A DNA stretch of 64,000 bases from Octopus vulgaris (Eukaryota). Shown here in pieces: positions 12,421 to 25,560 of this stretch. The notes below the pieces were generated by a model. The model was not told the origin of the DNA. It worked only from the letters and a program-made list of their open reading frames with translations, and made no database searches. The stretch's first letter is position 1. The number at the start of each line of letters is the position of its first letter. The stretch lies in NCBI GenBank assembly GCA_951406725.2, contig OX597823.1, positions 109,926,001 to 109,990,000 on the forward strand, read 5' to 3'. A program made the translations under genes and the position numbers.

Positions 12421-13623
12421 ATGAAATTTTATAAATGATCGTAGGTAAGGCAAAACAATGTGAAGTAAATGCAAGGTAAATCACAAGAAAACAAATATGT
12501 GAATTAATGTAGACTTACCCTGTATTCAATATTTCGGGGTTATCATCCCATTTTCAAGAAATTGATGAATGTTGCCGATGTGCTTGTGTGTGAGCGTGTG
12601 TAGAGTGGACATGCGCAGAAGGATGTTGCTATAAAATTTTAGAAATTATTTCCCACTTTCTGTGAAAATATTTATTAAATACCGTTATATTTTATATTCT
12701 TTATCCAATTAAGAGTTAAATTTTAGTTAATTTTAGTTAATTTCAATCCACCACTCTGTATAACATCTAATAATCTCTTTACTAAAGAAATTAATTCTAA
12801 AAGATTTGTAAGTACAATTGATAAATTTGGTATAAATTTTAAAGACGTAACACTTAAATATTTTCCGCTATTAATTAATGTCTTCGAAACTTCGCTGTTC
12901 AAAGTAAGTCATTATGGTTTTCTGTTACGACACTTTGAAAAAGATAAAAGTCACTGTAGTAATAGCTAAAGTTCACTTGTCAATGAAGATGATTTGTATA
13001 GTCTCCCAATGATTTATGTATAGTAGCTGACTAATATGACATCAAACCGACTAAGTTTTAAAAACGGGATATTAAGTAACATGTTCGCATATATAGAGTG
13101 TCATAGGCGACTAGGAACGGAATGCCTTTGCGTATAGGCCGACGTACATTTGATTGGTTTATGGTTATATAATAACTCCTATTAATGCATCACACTACGA
13201 ATATGAATTACAGACCAAGACCTTACTTGCCTGTAGACACCACTGAAATTTACCTACACACATAAATAGACTGGACAATGGAGAGAATATAAGATGTTCA
13301 GAATGTAGTACTTCACATGATAGGATTCATCAGCATATGTTGGAGAGCTATGCAAACGTATGTCTAGGACAATGGACCTGGAAAGGTGTGTGAAGCTTTC
13401 GGCTGATACTTGATTTTGAAACTTTAAACTTGTCTCTACATTTCTTTTCCTGGTAGATTTATGTATGTCAACTTGGTCCAACCATCTCACATACTTTTAT
13501 GTTGCTCATCATAAGACATAAGAGCAGGTTTATATCAGTGTAAAACATTTAAGCGATTATGGTTTCAAATCTCAGCAGGTTTTTGTATTTTTATGACGAT
13601 GTCTTTAGTTTACGTAAGATAAA

Positions 13624-13856
13624 AGGCCGCGAGCTTGCAGAAACGTTATCACGCCGGGCGAAATGCTTTGCGGTATTTCGTCTGCCATTACGTTCTGAGT
13701 TCAAATTCCGCCGAGGTTGACTTTGCCTTTCCTCCTTTCGGGGTCGATAAATTAAATACCAGTTACGAACTGGGGTCGATGTAATCGACTTAATCCGTTT
13801 GTCTGTACTTGTTTGTCTCTTCTATGTTTAGTCCCTTGTGGGTAGTAAAGAAATAA
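13624..13856 (+). mobile_element. tRNA-derived SINE family D
   Basis: GGCCGCGAGCTTGCAGAAACGTTA head, B box GAGTTCAAATTCC, central GACTTTGCCTTTC.TCCTTTCGGGGTCGATAAA segment (resembles the Meta/MESC SINE domain as I recall it), tail AAAGAAATA. Confidence 0.9.
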
Positions 13857-13962
13857 GTTTACATAAGATCAGCTTACCTAGATTCACAAGAGAGTGTTAA
13901 ATATCTCCTAGCTTCACGTAAGGTTATATGAAATTATTGTTCTATCCTCTGTTCAGTGCTAA

Positions 13963-14095
13963 AAATATTTATGAAGGCCGGAGTATATATCAGTCGAAAC
14001 GGTGTGTTAACAACAAACAAAATGATGACAAATATTCGTCAATTATAAATAATGTAAATAATGTATATAATTCCTCATCTCTTAACTATAGAGCT
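13963..14095 (+). other. Degenerate hammerhead-like motif with downstream flank (putative Penelope pLTR remnant)
   Basis: AATAT-TTATGA-A-GGCCG-gagtatatat-CAGTC-GAAAC-GGT-GTGTT at 13963-14008. Confidence 0.45.
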
Positions 14096-14987
14096 GTAAA
14101 TACAGATTTAATGGAGCTTTGAACTGGGATTTAAATTACATACTTTTGATTATTGTTCTACATTAGCTCTCAAGAAACAGTCAAAGCTGTTGCATATTTT
14201 GCATTCGGGAGTACATTAACCAGCGTTAGGATTTTTTTCCATATATACTGTAGTCCTTATGAAAGAGGAAGAATGATGTTCAAGTCCTTTTACAGAGTCT
14301 CTGATACTGGTAGGAAGTTAAGTGGAAATCATATTCAGAGCGAGTATAATGCCAAAATGATGGTAGTGTTAAACCTGACGAAGAATCAAGTCAACAATCC
14401 AAACCAAAAATGCATCCCCAGGCTTCAGCACGATTTTCGCTAGCGAAATTCCTCATATAAGACATTCATGAACCCGAATCCAGTGCAGAATGCATTTGCT
14501 TAGATTAGCTCGCAGTGGGACTGAACCAATAACAATTTACTCGTGAATAAACTTTCAAATATACAGTCATAAGAAAGTAAAATGGAACTCTTGGAATATT
14601 TGGCTGTTATTTTTAACAGCTGGAACGACAAATTCCTGGTCGGTTCGATTTACAATAGATTATATCATAGGGTGTCACTTCTACCTAGATACCCCATAGC
14701 TCTCTATTGTGCTCTCTATTGAATATAACATTTATATATCTATACACGCAGGATTCCTTCTCAAGCTATCATACCATCCACCGTTCAATTCTTTTCAATA
14801 ATCAGATCATCATTAAATCCATCGCGTAGCTTCGTATGGTGTACATTATTACACTTCTTATAAGCACACGGATTTCATTCATTTCTACATGTCCCTTAAT
14901 TGAAAGTACTTGGTATTTGCGTTCCTTCTTTGTGTATATATTCGTATTCACATAAAATATTATATATGTATACGCATACTCATACAT

Positions 14988-15033
<46 letters not shown>

Positions 15034-15187
15034 GTGCCTATGTTCATACATACACACACACACATACCTGTGTTCATACATATAACATATATATCTACTT
15101 ATACATACTTTATACATATATGTCAATAATTCTGTTATTTCTGTTTGTTTGGTTACAAATACTTCTTTCGTTAATACTGAAGTATAC

Positions 15188-15241
<54 letters not shown>

Positions 15242-16281
15242 AAATATACGCAGTCCTATACATGTTTATGGATTGTTGACTAAGGAAATATGTGAGTGTC
15301 TGCGTGAAACGATAGCACGGACATCCATGTATGTTTTACATCTGTTGTGATGGTATCGTGTCAACAAGACAATGGTTAATGAATTTCCTGTTTTCCTTGA
15401 GAAATTATTATTTCTTGCACCAAATCACTCCAAACAACGTAAGTAAAAACAAAAGAGATACTTTCTCATTATCTTCATATCTCATTCTGTTGAATACAAT
15501 AGCAGAATTATGTAATCTCGCCATAAATAATATCTATACCATTATACTAATATATGACGAACACTATTAGATCAAGTTGTAGTACATAACACTAAGAAAA
15601 CAGATGATAAAAAAATAATGTCAGAAATATAATTATTGCAGACGATGATTGGAAGAAAATAAGAAGAAATCTACAAACAAACTACACAACAAACAAATGC
15701 TAAAACTGATAATGTATTATGAAATGATTTTACAAAATCCAAATCAACTCACATGATGGGATTGATTCAAAAATTTCTCGAGATAATTATCATATATAAA
15801 AATACCGTATGTTCTATCACTAATGAGTGACGGAATTTAATTATTTACCACAAAAGCAATGCAATTAGGAGAAATCTGCTGATGAAAATAATAAATAAAT
15901 GAATAAAAATAAAAACAATAATACAAATGTCTTTCTTTATCTTCTCACTTCTTATTTTAAGAGAAAGAGATAAAATAAGAATGAAGCAATAAGGCAAGAA
16001 GATATCAATTATAAAAAGAAAAAGAGAAAAAATTGATTGAAAACGATGCGAATTACCGAATGTTGATTACAAATTTAATTGTCCATGTTCCAGTTGCTAA
16101 CATTAGACAGGGCCTTTGCGGGTATCAGATAAAAAAAAATTAACGCGATGTCTAATTTAAAAGAGTTAGAAAGTAAAATGAGTCAAAATTTCTTTCATTA
16201 ATTTTGTACAGACACTTGAAATAAATACAGTGGGACACAACAAAAGAGTCAATCCACGATCACTCTATCTTTCACGTTAAA

Positions 16282-16414
16282 TCTTTTACTTGTTTCAGTC
16301 ATTAGACTTCGGCAATTCTGGACCGTCACCTTGAAAGGCTGAGTGGAATAAATGGATCTCAGTACCGATTTTTGAAATTTTGGTGCTTATAGGGTCTGTC
16401 TGTTTTGCCGAACC
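16282..16414 (-). mobile_element. SINE family C, 3' fragment
   Basis: TCTTTTACTTGTTTCAGTCATT...TTTTGCCGAACCG is the reverse complement of the family C tail. Confidence 0.75.
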
Positions 16415-16630
16415 GTTCAAGAAATTTTCATGGGGTTCGTGACCGGTGGAGGGAAGATAAAAATATTCCCGGAAACATGAACTGAATGCAGCCAAGTGGA
16501 CCCCACGAATAGAGGTGCACCAGGTGACGGATTATGTCTGTCATTTAAGGACAGGAATTGTCTCTTTACTAGGTCCTCACAAATATCAGATTTTCCTCAA
16601 TAGTTCAGTTTAAACGTAAAATAATTATTA
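16415..16630 (+). repeat. ~200-bp dispersed direct repeat, copy 2
   Basis: Matches 12219-12420 with a few indels. Confidence 0.85.
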
Positions 16631-16633
16631 AAA

Positions 16634-17219
16634 AGTTTTGGAGTGTTCACTAGTGATGGCGACGTTATGTCTCCATTTATCATCTCACATGGCGGCCTCA
16701 GATTCAACACGGAGGCCTACATCAAGTGCTTAGACGAGGTAATTCTGCCCTGAGTCAAGAGGGCGGCTTCTCGAACACCCTGTGTCTGGCAATTTGATTC
16801 TGCACCATGCCACACAAGCAGTAGAACATATTCATAGCTGTCAGACAACTTCTGCGACCACATCACTTGTAACATCTGGTCACATAACTCCCCAGACTAC
16901 AACACCCATGTTTATTATGTGTGGGGCGCAGTTGAACGAGTGTCTTACAGAACTCCTGGTAACACCAAAGATAAAGTGAAGGTAATGATTATGGCAGCAT
17001 TCACCAACTTAAACAAAGAGACCGTCCAGAAGAGTTACAGGTGATTCTGAAGTCGTCTGGAGGCCTTGGTTGAAGCCAATGGCGATTATATTGAATAAAT
17101 TCTCTCTTCAGTATTTCAAGATATTTTTATGCAATTTTGGGAAATACATCTGTTAAAATGATATGTCAATGTTATTTTCATTTTGGCGTAATTTAGACAA
17201 TAGTTTATTCACCGAACCC

Positions 17220-17220
<1 letters not shown>
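16634..17220 (+). mobile_element. maT-like (DD37D) Tc1/mariner-superfamily transposon, 3' half
   Basis: Frameshifted translation FGVFTSDGDVMSPF...LRFNTEAYIKCLDEVILP.VKRAASRTPCVWQ.DSAPCHTS...LSDNFCDHIT..IWSHNSPDYN...YYVWGAVE...RLEALVEANGDYIE*. Spacing from DSAPCH to the SPDxNPxD position is about 37. Terminus ...TTCACCGAACCCT-ATA. Homologous to 61483-62277. Confidence 0.85.
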
Positions 17221-17297
<77 letters not shown>

Positions 17298-17320
17298 TGT
17301 GTGTGTATGTATGTATATGA

Positions 17321-17366
<46 letters not shown>

Positions 17367-17368
<2 letters not shown>

Positions 17369-17670
17369 AGGCGCAATGGCCTAGTGGTTAGGGCAGCGGA
17401 CTCGCGCTCGTAGGATCACGGTTTCGATTCCCAAACCGGGCGTTGTGAGTGTTTATTGAGCGAAAACACCTAAAAGCTCCACGAGCCTCCGGCAGGGGGT
17501 GCTGATCCCTGCTGTACTCTTTCACCACTCTTTCTCCCACTCTTTCTTCTGTTGGCCTGCTCGCTTAGCCAGCGGGGTGGCGTCATTCGATGGCTAAAAC
17601 AATGCGAACGCATTGTGACCAGCGATGTGTAACAACATCTGATGGACTGGTCGGTCACATGATGGTGATG
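17367..17670 (+). mobile_element. tRNA-derived SINE family B, full length
   Basis: GGAGGCGCAATGGCCTAGTGGTTAGGGCAGCGGACTCGCG...GGTTTCGATTCC with A and B boxes; body matches 8307-8578; sits directly after a (GT)n tract. Confidence 0.9.
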
Positions 17671-17745
17671 ATATATATATGTATATATTCACGTCCGGTC
17701 AGAAGGTTTCAGTGTTTGAGCCGTCGACCCGACGCTATAACTAAT

Positions 17746-17830
17746 GACACTTACCCATGGAACAGCGCAGTGGGACTGAGCCGGAGACCACATGGTTTTG
17801 ATGCAAGCTTCTTACCATACAAACACGACT
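17746..17830 (-). mobile_element. SINE family C, 5' fragment
   Basis: GACACTTACCCA...CGCAGTGGGACTGAGCCGG...GCAAGCTTCTTACCA is the reverse complement of the family C head. Confidence 0.65.
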
Positions 17831-18172
17831 ATACCTTTCTGATAGAAGTAGCCGCATAAACCTCCTCAAATATCAACGAAGTGTCTTAGTAAAGACTCAA
17901 CGCACTCTTAGTTACATTATGCTGGAGATAACGACGATACGATAACGTGTCTTCGATCATAGGACTCTTCATTAAACGATGAGTGACTAACCCAAACAAC
18001 AATAACAAAGAAAAAGCAAAAAAAACATTATACCCATGCACCAAGTACAATTTATATGCACACGCTACACGACTTTTATCGCTGATCGAACCAAAATATA
18101 CGCAAAAGAGTTTCCCTAGTATCCTGTCCTCTCTGCAATGTCTAGGAATACATCGCATGCCGGATATTTTTA

Positions 18173-19297
18173 GTTGTACCAACGTACGTTGTGATCTGAA
18201 AGAGATTTTGGTGCTATTTCTAGTATATCAAGTCTCCATGTATGGGATCTCTTGCTGGCACTCACAGTTGTACCAACGTACGTTGTGATTTGAAAGAGAT
18301 TTTGGTGCTATTTCTAGTATATCAAGTCTCCATGTATGGGATCTCTTGCTGGCACTCACAGTTGTACCAACGTACGTTGTGATTTGAAAGAGATTTTGGT
18401 GCTATTTCTAGTATATCAAGTCTCCATGTATGGGATCTCTTGCTGGCACTCACAGTTGTACCAACGTACGTTGTGATTTGAAAGAGATTTTGGTGCTATT
18501 TCTAGTATATCAAGTCTCCATGTATGGGATCTCTTGCTGGCACTCACAGTTGTACCAACGTACGTTGTGATTTGAAAGAGATTTTGGTGCTATTTCTAGT
18601 ATATCAAGTCTCCATGTATGGGATCTCTTGCTGGCACTCACAGTTGTACCAACGTACGTTGTGATTTGAAAGAGATTTTGGTGCTATTTCTAGTATATCA
18701 AGTCTCCATGTATGGGATCTCTTGCTGGCACTCACAGTTGTACCAACGTACGTTGTGATTTGAAAGAGATTTTGGTGCTATTTCTAGTATATCAAGTCTC
18801 CATGTATGGGATCTCTTGCTGGCACTCACAGTTGTACCAACGTACGTTGTGATTTGAAAGAGATTTTGGTGCTATTTCTAGTATATCAAGTCTCCATGTA
18901 TGGGATCTCTTGCTGGCACTCACAGTTGTACCAACGTACGTTGTGATTTGAAAGAGATTTTGGTGCTATTTCTAGTATATCAAGTCTCCATGTATGGGAT
19001 CTCTTGCTGGCACTCACAGTTGTACCAACGTACGTTGTGATTTGAAAGAGATTTTGGTGCTATTTCTAGTATATCAAGTCTCCATGTATGGGATCTCTTG
19101 CTGGCACTCACAGTTGTACCAACGTATGTTGTGATTTGAAAGAGATTTTGGTGCTATTTCTAGTATATCAAGTCTCCATGTATGGGATCTCTTGCTGGCA
19201 CTCACAGTTGTACCAACGTATGTTGTGATTTGAAAGAGATTTTGGTGCTATTTCTAGTGTATCAAGTCTCCATGTATGGGATCTTTTGCTGGCACTC
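18173..19297. repeat. Minisatellite, 12 x 94 bp, near-identical units
   Basis: GTTGTACCAACG recurs at 18173, 18267, 18361 ... 19207 (period 94). Variants appear only in unit 1 and units 11-12. No spacers. Confidence 0.97.
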
Positions 19298-19840
19298 TGC
19301 TATTTCACAGTGTCTATGTGCGCTGTCATAGCTCGCTATTAACTATAGTTATTTCCTTCGTTACTATTTATATGCTCAAAATACGAATCGAATGAAGAAT
19401 CTCTCTCAATGGATTTGTTGATATCTGTGTTACCACCTAGTGTTCAATATCTTCTAGAAATAATTCCGCAGGCGGAAGAAAATATAAGAGAAGCAGTGCC
19501 AACAAAAATGATTAAGATGGAGCAAAGAATTTTTAAAACACAGACGTCTCAAATAAAACAAACAAAACGCTATTTACAAACATTTCATCGAAGACAAAAA
19601 AACATACATTCTGTATTGTGTTCCTAATGAGGTCACATTAACGATTCATCCTTCTGAAGTTAATAAACTATTATCAGTGTAACTTAGTGGGCTGGTGGAA
19701 ACGTTAGAACATTCCAGACGATAGCTCGTAATGTTGGTTCATGAAATTTCCTTCTTCTTTTTTGTTTAACATATTAGTTCTGGAGAATGGAAAATGCATG
19801 TGACTTTTGCAGTCCCATCCTTCCCAATGAGACTAATACC

Positions 19841-20074
19841 TATTTCTTTACTACCCACAAGGGGCTAAACACAGAGGGGACAAACAAGGACAGCCAAACG
19901 GATTAAGTCGATTATATCGACCCCAGTGCCTAACTGGTACTTATTTAATCGACCCCGAAAAGAGGAAAGGCAAAGTCGACCTCGGCGGAATTTGAACTCA
20001 GAACGTAACGGCAGATGAAATACCGCTCAGCTTTTCGCCCGGCGTGCTAACGATTCTGCCAGCTCGCCGCCTTG
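19841..20074 (-). mobile_element. SINE family D with 14-bp TSD
   Basis: Full reverse-complement copy; TSD ATGAGACTAATACC at 19827-19840 and 20075-20088. Confidence 0.92.
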
Positions 20075-20815
20075 ATGAGACTAATACCATTAATATCATG
20101 AGTTCAAATAATGCCAAATTCCACTTTGATTACCTATTTTCAGGTAGATAAATAAAGCATCAATTTAGAGTCGTTGATTATAGAAACGCTAGATCGTCGT
20201 TGTATAGGCCATGCAGGATTTATTGTCAGTCATTTCATTTTGAGTTCGAATAGACTTCATCTCACGTCCAATTCAACAATAATACTAGTCTTTAGGTCAT
20301 TTTTGCGGAGTTCAGTCTTACAAACCTTCGGACCAAGGAATCACAAGCACTGCTCTCTGTTCTGGAATGAATGGTATAAAAAGATACATGTAGAATTTTC
20401 ATCTGTAAATCAAAATAACTCAAAATTATATTAGTGAATAACAGCTTGTCTTATATCGCATATTTTTGTATTCTAGAAATCTTTGATATAAAACAATAGG
20501 TCAACTATATAAAAAAACTACTTATGTGACATACACGACATCCGATATACGGAGATAATATTCCTATTACAAAGAAAAAAACGTGTTTGTGTGCGCGTGT
20601 AACTGAGTATCTATATAAATCTCTCTATATCTATGGTGTATATCATCATCATCATCATCAAAATCAATGAAGTACTTGAGCAAACTCAGTCGCAGAGTTT
20701 TGGATCGAAGGCTATAAAACTGATAATAAATGGTGACAGAAGTATAGTTGTTCAATCTGCTTGACAAAATTCCTTGCCAAACACACACATGCACACACAC
20801 ACACTCACACACACA

Positions 20816-20904
<89 letters not shown>

Positions 20905-20916
20905 TATATATAAAAA

Positions 20917-21328
20917 GGCGCAGGAGTGGCTGTGTGGTAAGTAGCTTGCTAACCAACCACATGGTTCCGGGTTCAGTCCCACTGCGTGGCATCTTGGGCA
21001 AGTGTCTTCTGCTATAGCCCCGGGCCGACCAATGCTTTGTGAGTGGATTTGGTAGACGGAAACTGAAAGAAGCCTGTCGTATATATGTATATAAGTGTGT
21101 GTGTGTATGTTTGTTTGTCTGTGTTTGTCCCACTAGCATTGCTTGACAACTGATGCTGGTGTGTTTACGTCCCCGTCACTTAGCGGTTCGGCAAAAGAGA
21201 CCGATAGAATAAGTACTGGGCTTACAAAGAATAAGTCCCGGGGTCGATTTGCTCGACTAAAAGGCGGTGCTCCAGCATGGCCGCAGTCGAATGACTGAAA
21301 CAAGTAAAAGAGAAAAGAGAGAAAGAGA
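20917..21328 (+). mobile_element. SINE family C, full length
   Basis: GGCGCAGGAGTGGCTGTGTGGTAAG head (A box), GGGTTCAGTCCC (B-box-like), CORE-like CTTGGGCAAGTG, internal TA/GT microsatellite, tail AAGTAAAAGAG repeats. Confidence 0.92.
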
Positions 21329-21469
21329 ATATATACATATATATATGCTAAACTTGATTCTTGTGTTGTTCGTGTTAATGTTTAATGTATAAACATTATA
21401 TATACAGCACAAACACGTTTACATACAACACTCACATACGAGCACATACATACATAAATGCATACGTAC

Positions 21470-21584
<115 letters not shown>

Positions 21585-21597
21585 CATACATACATAC

Positions 21598-21655
<58 letters not shown>

Positions 21656-22399
21656 GCACACAGATATGTTATAACAAAATATGCACTATAAATGTATAAA
21701 AAGGGCAATTCAGGAAGAAAATGTTTTAAAAATAAAGCATTAGCTTAGCGTTTTATGAAAAATGAATTGTCTGAAATTTTAAGAACGTTAGTCCTTCCTC
21801 AGAAAAAAGAAAGACTATGCTTAGTAGCAGAGAGAATGAGAAATAATCGGTAGGAAAAATAAAGTTGAAATGTCATAGAGGAGGCAGGAATGCTGTTAAG
21901 CATGGAAAAGAAGAAAAAGAATGATTTAATATAAATAATCAAATGGAAAGACGAGAAAGAAGAATGAAAAAGAAGTGACAAGCTTAGTAAAGGCGTTGCA
22001 TTTTGAACTTCAGAAAAAGGATAGACTAAGTAATCCGGTCTGAAATCGAATGTGGAGTTCAAAGCTGGAGTTCGGAAGTACAAAAGATATCCGCTTAAAC
22101 GATAGTGTAAATACAATAAACATTAAGAAAGAAACGCAGGAAATATAAATATTGGCGTACAAATTATTAGCTGAATGCTTTAATGAAAAGAGGAAGGATT
22201 TTAACTTTTCGAGTGTTTCTCCTTCATCATACTATGCATAGGGAAAAGCATAAGTGTATAAGAAAAAGTATAATTTAGTGAAAAAATGTGATGGTCATAA
22301 CCACTGGAACACACAGATACACACACATATATGCTCTTTATCTCTTTAATTCTTTTACCTCACCTTCCGGCCTGATCCAGATTCTAGATCACTCTTGAC

Positions 22400-23095
22400 A
22401 GAAAATCGTTTCATTGCTATACCTCACAACGAAAGCCTCCTTGCATTAAAATACTTCGTAGATCTTTGGTCTATTTCTCAATTTGAGACCTCTACTCTCC
22501 TGCACTTGGCCGAATTTGTCCTAATTTTAGATTGCTTTTCGTTCTCGGGATAATTTTACCATTAGGTCTCGGGAGTGGCCATGGAACGAGAACGAGCCCC
22601 AACCACGCAAACTTGCAAGCCTGCTATGCTGAGGTCCTAACATTTTCTCAGTTGACCGGTCCTACTCCTGCGTTATACGGTCGTTACATTGACAACTATA
22701 TCGGCGTGACGTGACTCTCGTGCGAGCATACTGATAATTTCGTTGCTTACATCCACTTCTTCCCTCCCTCCCTCCAATTCTTCACCTTTGTCTCCACCAC
22801 CTCTGTTAACTTGATATTTCTCTTACCATCCACCACTCCTATTTTACTACCTCCATCCACTATAAACCCAAATACTCACAATCCTATCTCAACTTCTATT
22901 CAACGCACATCAAACTTCTCATCCTTAACACTCAACTCTTCCGTTTTCGGCGGCTCTATAGTCACGATCATGACTTCAAGCCACATCCCCAACTCATGGC
23001 TCGCTACTTAATCCAAAAAGGATGGTCCAACCCGCTAACCCTATTCCAAATTACACTCATCGTGGCCGATCTGTCGACCGTGCATCCTCTGCTCT
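22400..23095 (+). pseudogene. Decayed Penelope-like element reverse transcriptase fragment
   Basis: Frameshifted translation IPHNESLLALKYFVD...TSTLLHLAEFVLILDCFSFSG.FYH.VSGVAM.TRTSPNHANL...LYGRYIDNYIGVT...SIHYKP..SQSYLNF...TQLFRFRRLYSHDHDF...VDRAS. These match PLE RT motifs GVAMG, RYIDD, YKPT and the thumb domain. Confidence 0.85.
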
Positions 23096-24085
23096 CTGTC
23101 ATTTTTTGTGCCTTAATCGAACTGGCCGGCACTTAGCGGGACCAGTTTATCGAACATACCCGAGACATCAAGCTCGGCAATGTCACCCCGATCTTGCGCC
23201 ACTTCCACTCGAGCGATTATTCCCTGCGACACCTTTCTGTCCTGCTTTCGTCGAGAGCAGGGGTTTCTTGCCCACACTGCACAGTTATACCCCCACAGCA
23301 TATACTTAGACCTACACACACGTACACGCACATTTCTTCCTGCTCGACACACACCAACACCTACACTTCCACTTCCCTACATGTACAGTAGCATGTATAT
23401 AGTCATGCTCCCACATATCCAACCCATACCTCTTGTCACCCTATTCCACATGACCATAGAGGTCGATCCACACACATTTCACTACAATACACACATACAT
23501 CACTAGCCTCTCACACGTACACACATACACACGCACAAATACAGAATATTCACACAATTATCAAATTCATACACACACACTTTATCCAACATCTTATACA
23601 CATACACCAACTGATAACAGGAAAACGCACAGTTGCTCAAAATATATATCGAACTAGGAGATATCACCCTCTGCAAGTTGAACAGCTGTATTGCAGACTT
23701 TGCATTCCACAGCATTTAAATTATTCTACACCAAGAAGATTAATTATGATTTCTACGGTCAAAAGGGACGTAATTCTTATTTTTTAAATTTCTTTTTCCG
23801 TTTGTCTTTTCATTCCACTTTTTGCATTAACCGTCTCGCATTTTATTTCAAGTGGTTTCTCATGTACCAGCATCTTGGTCTTCAAATAGAACCGACCGTA
23901 TGCAACGATGCCCAAAACTGCATGGTGACACAACGCATGTTGTATAAGTCTGCCATAGTGTCTCCATGATAAGAAATAGGAATTACTCCATGATAGCTTT
24001 TATTTCAATACTGTGTACATTAAATGTCTATCACTCGCTGGATGAAGTACTACTTTTGTGATGCTGCCTAAAGAAGCAGCACACA

Positions 24086-24148
<63 letters not shown>

Positions 24149-24342
24149 TCTACGTACTTGTTCATATGTTGATATATTTAAACCATTCCAAATGATAGAG
24201 AGAATGGAATTTGGTACATTAGTACATGATTACGTCATTTTCGCAACGAGTTATTTTATCAATGCAAGCAGATCTATTTGTTGTTTAACCACTTTAATAC
24301 ACACAGATACACACACATATACACACAGATACACACACATAT

Positions 24343-24411
<69 letters not shown>

Positions 24412-25560
24412 AGCAAATGTAGAAATATTAACACACAAATACTCACATACATCAATAATATCTATCATTCTGTTTCGTATATGCACACACTTATGTACAT
24501 ATAAATATATATATATATGTATGTATGTATATATATGTATATTGTACATATGTACATATGCATCATATTAGATATACATACATATATACATATACATATA
24601 TATATATAATCAATAAACACTATAATAGTTATATATATATATATATATATATATAAATCATGTATATGCATACATAAACAATAATCAAATATGATAAACT
24701 GAAACACGCTTACATATAAATAAACGCGTTTATGTATATATGCACACGTAAATACACACAAACACACACATATAAATATTAAAACACATCATACAAAATA
24801 AGATCCATTGTGGAAAGAAATTACGAGAAAACATTAAAGACAATTAGATTATACGAGTTGAAATTAATTCAGAAATTATCAACATTAAACGATTTCATTA
24901 ATCAGAGCACGTAGAAAAAATAGATATTTAAGAATAAATAAATACTTGTTTAAAATATGTAATAAATACATAAAACATAAAACTTGAAGGAATTTTCAGA
25001 ATTTTGAAATAAATTTATATATTTTTAAAATACTTTATTCCAATTTTTCTTTGTTTTACATCTGAGGCGCTATTGTTGTCTAGGAGAAAGAGGAGGGAAT
25101 CTCTCGATAGACTTCCAGATTTTCCTAACGAGCAAAAATATCAGGGCTAATGAAATCAAGAGGCTGCAAGTTTTGGTAATCAAAACAGCGTCGGTAACAA
25201 CGTGAATCAGAGTAAGTTGATAACAGCAACAACAACACTAATAAAAGTACGAATGGACACGATAATAACAACGAAGATAACAATAAGTAAACACTTTATT
25301 AAAACAATGATGAAACGTATAATGAAAGATCATTAAAAAGAAAAATAATATGAGATATTGCATGCGGCAGCAAAAACAATATAATCAACTATGGCAAACA
25401 TCACGATAATAAGAACAAAGGAAAAGTCAGCAACATCAGCTGTACTTCCACAACTGAGACTGTTATAGTTATACAGCTCAACGATAGGCGCAAGAACAAC
25501 GACGACCACAGCAAGAACCACAATAATAGTAATAATAATAATAAAAATAATAATAATAAA

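Noticed and set aside
12519-12628. Candidate minus-strand exon (TTTTATAG acceptor, GTAAGT donor)
   Set aside because: All three frames contain stops and no partner exons were found. A non-coding exon cannot be excluded without RNA data.
13254-13490. ORF with TYADES resembling an RT YADD motif
   Set aside because: Neighbouring RT motifs could not be recovered convincingly in the right order; at most a very old LINE relic.
17367-17440. tRNA gene
   Set aside because: The tRNA-like head continues into a SINE body that recurs at 8307-8578, and the acceptor stem is not properly closed. The same applies to the other SINE heads.
18173-19297. CRISPR-like array
   Set aside because: Units are contiguous and identical, with no unique spacers and no cas genes, in a eukaryotic context.
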